Part shown: in pieces, positions 52,455 to 62,000 of the stretch | How the letters are laid out: each line of letters begins with the position of its first letter | Position numbering within the stretch: position 1 is the first letter of the stretch | From: Wallemia ichthyophaga EXF-994 | Taxonomy: Eukaryota > Fungi > Basidiomycota | DNA length: 62,000 nucleotides | Assembly: GCF_000400465.1 (NCBI RefSeq) | Contig: NW_008806276.1 | Span: forward strand, 240,001 to 302,000 | Reading direction: 5' to 3' | Notes under the pieces: model-generated | Databases searched by the model: none | What the model was told of the DNA's origin: nothing | Seen by the model: only the letters and a program-made list of their open reading frames with translations | Made by a program: the position numbers and the translations under genes

Positions 52455-55378
52455 ATGTCAAACAGACCTTACGCAGATCCATTCAATGAGAGGAATCCAA
52501 TTAACCACGCTGAAGTACCGCCTCAAAGAATTCCACTAAGCGAGGAACAGTTCAGCCCCTCTTTTCCTTCGTCTTCATCGGTGAACCTCAACGGTGGCCA
52601 AGCAACGCCTTACGATTACCCGCCATCATCATTCTCTCACTCTAATTTAGGCGCATATCCCCCTTCAAATCCAGGTGAGTTTGCGCGTATTGCTGTCAAT
52701 TTGATAGCCCTAATCACAGCCTAGACGAGGACTCTGAAGCTAAAATGCCATTAACGGCTGACAACAGAATACAAACGTATGCTCCAGCTGGGTGAGTGAA
52801 ATTTATGTGTTTTTTGGATCACCGACTGACGTTTGCACAGCTTTGATCCGAGAACATACGGTGACCCATACAACAGCCCATACGAGGAGCCTGCTACAAA
52901 CGCAATGTCCGCTGAGGCTGATTGGCGTCGCAGGCAAACTATTAAAAGAGACAGAGCTAAAACTGTCAAAGTTAAGCTTACAAAGGGTCATTTCATTCAC
53001 GAGTTCCCAGTCCCAACAGCTGTAAAGAACGCTTTGGAGCCCGTCTACAGGGATTTCACCCACACTAGAGAGTTCTCCCACCTAAGATACACGGCAGCTA
53101 CTTGCGACCCTGATGACTTCACCACAGAGAATGGCTGGTCTTTGAGAGCTTCCAATTACGGCAGACATACTGAACTGCTCATCGTTATCACTTCGTACAA
53201 CGAAGACAAGATCCTTTACGCTCGTTCTCTTCATGCAGTTATGCTCAACGTGAGAGATATCTGCAAAACTCGTCAATCAAAGTATTGGAGATCAGCTGGC
53301 CTTGAAGGTGGTCAACCTGGTTGGCAAAGAATTGTCGTCGCCCTTATCACGGATGGTTTAGAACCCATGGATAAAACTGTCCTCGATTTATTAGCAACTA
53401 TTGGTGTTTACCAAGATGGTGTCATGAAGAAGGAAATTGATGACAAACAAACTGAAGCCCATATTTTTGAGTACACTACGCAACTCTCCGTCGACACCAC
53501 TCCTCAACTTATCGTTCCTCACGGTGATGATCCTAACAACCTTGTTCCAGTTCAAATCATCTTGGTCGCAAAGGCTAAGAACCAGAAGAAGATCAATTCA
53601 CACAGATGGTTGTTTAACGCTATTGGTAGAATGCTACAACCTGAAGTTTGTATTCTTCTTGATGCTGGTACCAAGCCATACAAGAAATCTCTCTACTATA
53701 TATGGGAGGCTTTCTACAACAACAAGAACTTGGGTGGTGCTTGTGGTGAAATCTATGCTCAATTGAAAGGTGGTAAGAAGCTCATAAACCCTCTTGTCGC
53801 TGCTCAAAATTTCGAATACAAGATTTCAAACATCCTCGATAAGCCACTTGAATCTGCTTTCGGTTATGTCTCTGTCTTGCCAGGTGCTTTCTCTGCTTAT
53901 AGATATAGAGCTATTCAAGACAGACCACTCGAGCAATATTTCCACGGTGATCACTCTATGGCTGAGAGACTCGGTAACAAAGGTATTAACGGTATGAATA
54001 TCTTTACAAAGAACATGTTCTTAGCTGAAGATCGTATTCTTTGCTTCGAATTGGTTGCCAAAGAAAATGCAAGATGGACATTGTCATACGTTAAGTCATC
54101 TAAAGCTGAGACTGATGTTCCAGAAGAAGGTCCAGAATTGATCTCCCAAAGAAGAAGATGGTTGAACGGTTCATTTGCCGCATCCGTTTACGCTATTGCA
54201 AACTTCTTCAGGTTATATAGGTCATCACACGGTATCGTCAGGATGTTCTTCTTGCACGTCCAATTGATTTTCAACACCATTAACTTGATGTTCTCTTGGT
54301 TCTCTATTAGTTGTCTATGGCTCACTTTCTCCATCGTTATTACCCTGTTATCAAAGCAAGGTACCGGTGATACGCCAATCTATTCATTCGGTACCCCAGT
54401 TGTCACGTATTGGTTTAACAGGTCATTTCAATGGATCTGGGCTTTCATAGTTATTTGTCAATTTGTGTTGGCATTGGGTAATAAGCCTAAAGCGGAGCGA
54501 ACATTCTACAACATTTCCTTCTTGTGGGTTTGGTTTGATTTAAGATAGTATTGGTCTAACAGTTTAATTTTAACAGCGTCTTCGGTATTCTTGGTCTTTA
54601 TCTCATTTATTCAGCTATTTTCCTTACAGTCAAAGCATTCATTAACATGAAAGTTGAAGGTACGAATGCTTGGGAAAGATTAGCATACGTTTTGGAATCG
54701 GAGAACTCTGTTTTGATTGCAGCTTTGGCAGCTACTTTCGGTATCTACTTTTTGGCATCGTTCCTCTTCTTAGATCCATGGCACATGTTTACTTCATTCC
54801 CTCAATACTTGTTGATGGCACCTTCGTTTATTAACGTCCTCAACGTCTACGCTTTCTGTAATCTTCATGATGTCAGTTGGGGTACGAAAGGTTCGGATAA
54901 AGATGACGCTTTACCTGCCGTCAAATCCAAGAAGGAGAAGGGTGGTGAAGCAACAGCTGAAACTAACGTTATGAAACAGAAGGATATTGATGGTGCATTT
55001 CAAGAAACGGTCAAGAGAACAGTCGCTACGAAGATTAAGGAGAAATCAGAGCCAGAAAAGCCATCAAGTGATGATGAGAACAAGGCTTTCAGATCTAGAT
55101 TGGTCTTGTTCTGGTTGCTTTGCAATATGATTGTCGTCATCGTCGTTCAAAGCGCAGATGGTTTATCACCAACAGTACCACAATTATCAGCATCCGATGC
55201 AGAAAGAGAGCAGTTTATAAAGGATTCTAGAGGATATAGCCAATGGTTGACACACAAGCAATCAATGTTTTTCAAAGTTATTCTGTGGACTACATTCGGT
55301 ATAACTGCATTTAAATTCGTTGGTGCACTTTACTTTTGGATTAAAACCAATGCTTTCAGATGCTGTCGCAAGAACTAA
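52455..55378 (+). CDS. CHS: Chitin synthase (division 1, probably class III), multi-intron
   Basis: [75 protein letters not shown]. Confidence 0.95.
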
Positions 55379-55589
55379 ATTGAATCAATCTCCAGCTAAA
55401 CTGATATATACCATCAATTCAAAGTAGTAAATTTCACCTATTGGCAATAGTACAAATTTCAAACCAATCCATAAACACAATTAAATCAATTTATCCATTG
55501 TTTCCACTCTTGAACCTGTCTCATTCGTATTTGAAATTCATTATGAACAATTTTATCAAGTTTATTTAAATTGAAATAAATAGAATATT

Positions 55590-56910
55590 TTACTTGCAAC
55601 GCATACTGACTATTGGATTACCGAACTCTCTCCATTCATCTTGAGATATCCACAGTTGATGGAATGTACCTAAACTACCCAACATAGAGCCGCCCAACCA
55701 TGAAGCAAATTTTCTCTCAACAGTGTTGGCAGGTGAGTGCACTTTAACTCTTGTATTGCTCAATACAGCGTATAATTCATTCTGTATTCTCTCGCTTAAT
55801 CCAGGCGTTGCGCTGACACCACCGACAATGATAATGTTTGATAACAAATGATGGCGACTGTCTGTTTCAGCTGCTTGAATGGACTCTTTGATTAGTTCAG
55901 GTAGGGGTTTTGGATATGAACAATTTATTGAGGCAGGTTCAAAAGTGTTTGGAGTGTGTGGTAGGGGATTGAAGGGGATTGGATTGATCAGTATCTCGTT
56001 AGCTACGAATCGACAAAGTTGATAGTTGTCAGCGAAACCATTAGGGAATTCGTAAGATTTGATAGGACGTTGCATTAAGGCTCCATGATCCCAACCGTTC
56101 TCACTTATAGCAGACGTAGACTCTCTCCAATCTTTGAGTATCTTTGATTTTGACCAGTTCATCCAGCTTTCAGATGGGTTGATATCACTTCTAGTAGTGA
56201 ATTGAGGATTTTTACCAGGTTCAACTGTTGTCTTTGATTCGATCAGTTGGTGAGGGATGAGGTTGGTATTTAGATTGCTTCTTTGAGTTGGATCCAAGCT
56301 ATTGAGGTAATTGTTTGTGATTTGTGTACCGCCGATATTATTCCTAACAACGCCCTTCCTCAGGACAAATCCATCGACTATTGGAGTAACGGATGTTGAT
56401 TCAGCACCGATATCGATAATCAAAGCGGTTGATTTGCCTGCAGCGAATGCAGAGAGGACAGAGTCATTTGCTATGTAAAATCCAGGTACGTTGAACTTAT
56501 CGAAAGCAATTTCAGCGATTTTTTCCCGATGTTTCTGAGTATTCCAAGCAGGTTCGGTGAATAAGAGTGGATGGTCTTCCGTGTTAACGCGTAAGCAATG
56601 CGTGAAGGTGTGTTCGAGGAGTTCTGTGAACTTATCAAAGTCATCGACTAAGCTATCCTTCATTGTGTTATCAACTTGATAACCATCTCTATAGACATCA
56701 GGACCGTTATCACCGAAGAAAGTCTTTTCCTGATTATGGGTGTAATGTGTTGGTATAACTACTTTTGGTGCGTCTTCACCTGCGTAACCTGCACAGAGCG
56801 TCGTTGAGCCAGCGGAAACGACAAGAGCGCTAACTTCGTCTGTATATAGCTTTAGTTTATTGTATTAAGTAAATCCAACCAAAAATCCCACCTGCACCGT
56901 AAATGACCAT
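55590..56910 (-). CDS. ARP4: Actin-related protein Arp4 (NuA4/INO80), one 5' intron
   Basis: MVIYGADEVSALVV..G....AGYAGEDAPK, HPLLFTEPAWN, DIGA..TSVTPIVDGFVL, SWLGGSMLGSLGTFHQLWIS. Confidence 0.9.
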
Positions 56911-57064
56911 GATGACAGTAAGAGTAAACAATCCAGTTAAAGAGTGAGGATAGGTAAGGGTACATGATAAAATACATTTATTTATTTAATTACTTTTGAT
57001 GTGGTATTTGAATCAGTAATCTTACGTGTCAGCAACTTGTCGGTTTTATTTGAGGCTTGTACAC

Positions 57065-57230
57065 CTAAGTACTCTTCTCTTGGTCATTTTGAGTGTCTAG
57101 GAAGTGGAAAAGTACGATAGCCAGCATTGTGATGATTCCTAGCGTGTTGGCCAACTGTGCGAGCGTGATGTCTGTTATCCTGTAAACCAATTACTCAGAA
57201 TCCAATGTAAATCAACAGTGGTACAAACAT
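57065..57230 (-). CDS. OST4: Oligosaccharyltransferase microprotein Ost4 (38 aa; intron 57180-57228 splits the ATG)
   Basis: AT|GTTTGT...TTTACAG|G gives MITDITLAQLANTLGIITMLAIVLFHFLDTQNDQEKST*, closely resembling human OST4 (MITDVQLAIFANMLG...LYHY) as recalled. Confidence 0.88.
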
Positions 57231-57318
57231 TTTAATAGTCTAAGCTTATATCGGCTATAACGGATGTTAGAATTGAAGAAGTTCTTCGGCTTTAACTATC
57301 AACTCTTGCTAATTGGAA

Positions 57319-57923
57319 ATGGACAAAGAAATAATCAAGCAATCTTTAGGCGTGCATCCTGGTTTCCCAAAGCCTGGAATCACCTTCTTGGATATATTCC
57401 CTTTGCTCGCGGACCCGCTAAAGTTTGAAATACTCATCACCCACTTAATGTCACATATCACATCTCATACGATCCCTCAACTTGGCAAGGGCGGTAAAGT
57501 AGACGCCGTCGTTGGATTAGATGCAAGAGGTTTCTTGTTGGGTCCAATTCTTGCCATGAGATTGGGTGCTGCGTTCGTCCCTGTGAGGAAAGGCGGAAAA
57601 TTGCCTGGACAGTGCAGCAAAGTGGAGTACACATTAGAGTATGGCAAAGACATCTTTGAAATGCAACAAGGCACTATAAAGCCTGGCCAGAATGTGATCG
57701 TTATCGATGATCTTATCGCGACTGGTGAGTACTAGAGCAGAAAATATAACCGCATTCGGTTAAAATCAGTGTTTCAGGTGGATCTGCAACCGCAGCAGGA
57801 CAATTAATTAAGCAAGCTGGTGGTACAACTCTTGAATATTTGTTCATTGTCGCCCTTCCTTTCCTCAAAGGACTCGAGAAGCTCGATGCTCCTGCGTACT
57901 TCATTGTTGAAGGCGAGGATTAA
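57319..57923 (+). CDS. APT1: Adenine phosphoribosyltransferase (intron 57725-57777)
   Basis: PGFPKPGITFLDIFPL, GLDARGFLLG, PVRKGGKLPG, YTLEYG, VIVIDDLIATGGS. Confidence 0.95.
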
Positions 57924-58098
57924 TATTTTGTAAATAATTATAGAAATAGAATACTTTACTATCAAAATTTTAAATTAAAGTCCGCAACTGCCAAGCGTAT
58001 TTGCGTATCGCTTAGAGAATGGGGTGGATATGGAGTGTTTGACAAGGCCACTCACCTTCCAAAACTGGGAAGGCTTAATTTAACTTTCAATAACAACG

Positions 58099-58738
58099 AT
58101 GAGGAAGTATTTGGTTGTATTACTCCTGCTTGTTGCTCTCTGCTCAAGCGCACCGCTTAGCGTATTCCATCGCCATCACCGACACTCGAACTCGAAAATT
58201 GGCTCAATACGTCCTACAAAATATACTTCTACAATACCGAACATCGTAAAACGTATTAATGACACAACCTCCAAATCCCAGGCCTTGCGAAGATCAACGT
58301 CTTCTATACGGTCCAGCACAGGAAAAGCGGGCCTTGACCGCATTGCACCGGGATTGGACGTGTTACGAGTGGAGATAACAAACATAATAAAGGAATTGAA
58401 TGGCTTTGAACCTGTTGAGGATGATGCCGCTGCATGGACTGTACTTAATCACCTCAATAAAATGGCAATAGCCCACGAGTCTATGTTAGACACACTTACA
58501 ACAAACCACAGACTCGTTATAAAGCTTGGATGGCATTCAGATACGTATAGGACTCTACTCACCCTAGACAATACTTGGAGGGTGCGTCTTATTATCTCCA
58601 CAGCGTATTGAGCTTATCAAATTGCAGGATTTCTTCCCGTCATTATCAACAGCTCTCCCAAACCACATTGAACACGTTGGGCTCGTTGAAATTAGATCTC
58701 TTAACGCTTTGGATAGGGCGTTGAAGTCTTTCTATTAG
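58099..58738 (+). CDS. Secreted helical protein (197 aa), HsbA/Mp1p-like candidate; intron 58582-58627
   Basis: Signal peptide MRKYLVVLLLLVALCSSA; the spliced C-terminus LDTLTTNHRLVIKLG...LLTLDNTWRDFFPSLSTALP...LDRALKSFY follows the HsbA hydrophobic spacing as recalled. Confidence 0.55.
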
Positions 58739-58978
58739 TTTATGTACAAATATAAAGTTACTCGTTCTTTTTCTCATTAAGCGGTTCTCTTAAACATACT
58801 GGCTTCCACAGATTTGCAACATTGTTTGTATCTTATATAGCTGTAAAATTTTCAGACGACGCAGCGGCTAGCACTCGACTGTAAATCTGCACCAAGCTAT
58901 ACACTGCTGATGATACCACGCGTGCTTTGAGGCATCTTGAGCAACCTTATCCCCCTCTAACCTCAACCACCAACGACT

Positions 58979-61453
58979 ATGAACAAACTCCAGGCTGAGA
59001 CGAGGCATCTCGCCAAGACTCTCAGGCTCAATGAAAAGAGATTGGCTGGTCAGAGAATTTCCCAAGAGCTTGGCTCGTTCAGCTCACAGGATATCGCTCA
59101 ATTGTACAAACAGCTAATGGCACCAAATTCTGAGGTAGATGACAGCAATTTACATAAATTAATGAACATAAGAAAGTCTCTCGTTCATCAGCTCAAATCT
59201 GAATTGTCGTCAACGCCTGCTATCGATTCACAATTGGCAAACCGACTGAGAAGAATCTGGTTGAACAAGCAGAAATCCTCTCTGCCAGTTAGATCTTCCA
59301 CTAGAGTTAAATCCAGGGAATCCGCTATACACCATGTCGAAGAAATCGATGCCATTACCCGTCAGTCTAAGGGAATTCAGCTATCTCAACACCAACGCGG
59401 TCTTCTTCTTAATCGTTTCAGCGAAGCCATTGAGGCATCTGGTATAGGCGCTAGCTCAATTTCCAAAGACAATGTTGTCCCAATTCTCCAAGTAGCAAAT
59501 GAGGGAGAGTGGCACACAATCATCACTTCAGCTGTAAGTTTCACCCTCTTTCTAACTCCCTTTCTAACACTGTAAAGGCCCATCAAGTAGACATTGATCA
59601 CATCAAGCAGACAATTGCTCTTCTTGAACGAACACAGCAACTTTCAGCGGACATGTACACTGACACTCTTTCCATCCTCGCCAAACACGGGGCACTCCAT
59701 CAAGTTGCCGAAGTGATAGACTACTCGAAACATCTGATCAAACCTAGTGAAAAATCATATGGTGCTTTGGTGGATGCGCACACTTCTCGATCTGACTTGA
59801 CAAATGCCTGGAACATGTTGTCGTCTTTGGAGAGTCGTGGAATGATAGTACCTCAATCAACCTACACCAACCTCATCAAAGGGCACTTACTAAGCAAGCA
59901 GCCATCCAAAATTAAGGAGAGAGGGTGGAATCTCTTCGTGCATTCCAGATTGATGGCACACCCTACACCATCGATATCACTATACAACACAATGATAACG
60001 GCTTGTGCGGAGGGAGTCGAGCCGGAGATAGAGCGTGCTCTTGATCTGTACAAGGAGATGAAGGAGTATAGCCTCCCTCTTGATCAAACTGTTTACGCAT
60101 CACTCATCCACACACTCGCCAAAGGTCATCGCAGAGGAACTGCAAGTGAAATTGACAGATTGTTTAATGAGATGTTGGACACAGGTATCCAACCAACCCA
60201 TCTAATCTTCGCTGCGTTGATGGAATTGGCGAAAAGGACCGGAGACGTTGGGAGAGCGAGACACGTGTTTGCAAATTGGATGAGAAGCGGCTACCCTATC
60301 ACCAGCCAGGATGTTGCAAGGTTTTTTTATGCATACGCTGCTGCCCAAACACCTCAATTAAACTATAAAAAACCTCTCAACGATGAAACTGAGGTCGAGA
60401 CTTCAGATAGAGTGGATGTAGACAAGACGGAGCATTATGATCCCCACTCATTTACTCCAGAGTCGATACCACAATTTCCCCACGAGTTGATGGCAGAATC
60501 TGATATGATATTCAACAGGATACTCGCCGACAAAGGTCATAGCTTGGCTGTTGATGGTTTGATTCTCGCTCAGAAGGAGCCAGAAAACCACGCTAATGAG
60601 AATTTCAAACCTTTTGAAAATGTCAATCTCAATAGTCGCTTAGTCAACTCTTACCTCAGCATACGGCTTAACCATTCCAAATATAATCCTGCAGAACTAA
60701 TAGAGTTTGTCAAGAGACTGTCAATAAAATTGGATGTATCTAGAAATGGTCACAACATGTTCATGTTGCTCGAGTATATTTACAAGCATCACAAGGAAGC
60801 TGCTCATCTCGCTGATGGCTTGTTTGAAGAGTACGTGGAGTACGTGGAGAGCATAACACCCGTAATCATGGATGAAAGCAAAGTGGTAGCTCAGCAGTCT
60901 TCCTCTATTGAAGCTGGCTTGGCGCAGAAGCGTAAGATGGAAGATGATAATGGTGTTGACGAGAAGACCATTTCGAGAACATGGTCGACATACCTCAATA
61001 ATTTAGCTCGGTAAGCTTTTCTGTCGCTCTGTTGACCAACCTGACAACGTAATTAGATCTAATCGGCTCTCTGAAGCTGTAGAAGTGCTGTCGAACTTCG
61101 TCAAAAAATATCCACCCACCTCCGTTACGTCTAACATGAGATCACTTACGGATTCCAAACCAACAGCAATCAAAATAAGCAAAGAAATTAAACCGGATTT
61201 AGCACCACATCTCGTATTCGCTAGATTGAGACCATTGCATGAGAAGCTCGCCACACTTGTCAAGATAGAAGACGAGGCCGGTGTTGAAAGTAAGCTGTCT
61301 GTGCATAAATCCGCTAAGCAGGCACTCGGATTCTTTTCTTGGGCGCTTAAAGCGTATGACGGTGTCTATCGCTCGCATGTCAACCGACAACTCAAAGAAA
61401 TGGACAGGATGGGGCCGCGTTTCGATAGCTTAGACAGGCAACTTATAGAATAA
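58979..61453 (+). CDS. Pentatricopeptide-repeat mitochondrial protein (Ccm1-like), spliced
   Basis: Tandem 35-aa PPR-like units: SYGALVDAH, TYTNLIKGHL, LYNTMITACA..ERALDLYKEM, VYASLIHTLA, IFAALMELA. Confidence 0.82.
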
Positions 61454-61560
61454 AACGCATTCGCATTTTATTTATTATTAATTTAACAATTCATTCACAC
61501 CTTGCATACCAAACAGACTTTGAAAATGAATCATCACTCATTATGGCCGTATGCAACTAA

Positions 61561-62000
61561 TTAATGCCAGTCTGCTACAGTGTTTATTGTAGGCAACTTG
61601 ATGAGTTCATTGAAATACTGCTGTTGCTGTATACCTTCCTCCGTTTGTTTGCCGAGACGACCATCGTAGTGATAAAAAGAGCAAGTAGACGACTTAAATG
61701 AATGTATCTGATACCGTGATGGTTAGCGTAAGCGAATTTAACAGATTTTGCCTATCATCGCACAAAGACCCTATTTGCAACTCGACTGAAGATCACTGAG
61801 AACCTCAGGATGATGTAATGAGATATCAGGAAAAATTGACTTTTCAGTCTAGTATCTTAAGCATTACTTGAAAGTAAACAATCGCCGATTTAATTAAATC
61901 AGCTCAAGGCACCCTGAAAATGACCAAGTAATCGAGAAGACGAACGCAGAGATAACAAGTACAAGTACTGGCAAGATAAACAAATATCAAGACTACAATT
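61561..62000 (-). CDS. Possible 3' end of a gene entering from the right edge
   Basis: GCTAAC branch point and CAG acceptor precede an open terminal exon 61707-61561 (IHSFKSSTCSFYHYDGRLG...VADWH*); upstream exons not resolved. Confidence 0.25.

Noticed and set aside
58740-58978. Possible small minus-strand gene starting at 58935 (MPQSTR...) head-to-head with the PPR gene
   Set aside because: The spacing fits the local pattern, but no splice combination I tried gave a convincing or recognisable protein.

Overview
Gene-dense eukaryotic DNA from a compact basidiomycete-type fungal genome. Short (about 40-65 nt) GT-AG introns, tiny intergenic spacers and protein character suggest Wallemia or a relative; that assignment is inference and was not checked. 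I can support about 42 protein-coding genes, mostly spliced, so the ORF track shows them only as fragments. Most are housekeeping genes: SPB1, AP-3 mu, MTG1, NOP7, NOB1, GPI14, a Ste20/GCK kinase, EMC8/9, MsrA, TAF13, SFI1, LYS12, ADE8, SWD1, NDUFA13, POP7-like, CDC16, RIX7, GSK3, SEC18, PRO3, ARP4, APT1 and a PPR protein. I found no rRNA, tRNA, CRISPR array or transposon. Highlights: (1) OST2 and the 38-aa OST4, whose ATG is split by an intron, are not recoverable from the ORF track. (2) Several amino-sugar/glycan genes occur together: chitin deacetylase, a divergent DAC1/NAG1 GlcNAc-catabolic pair, and an inverted pair of GT31 paralogs next to a chitin synthase. (3) Packing is extreme, with start codons 19-48 bp apart, shared stop codons, and a CDC16 / minimal zinc-finger / orphan ORF trio with essentially no spacer. 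(4) A Zn2Cys6 gene has its zinc cluster split by an 11-nt microexon and lies beside a CGG-rich promoter of the chitin deacetylase gene. (5) GC content shifts sharply, sometimes inside genes. All gene models and family calls were made by hand from motifs, with no database searches. I found no clearly new biological system, only candidates worth testing.
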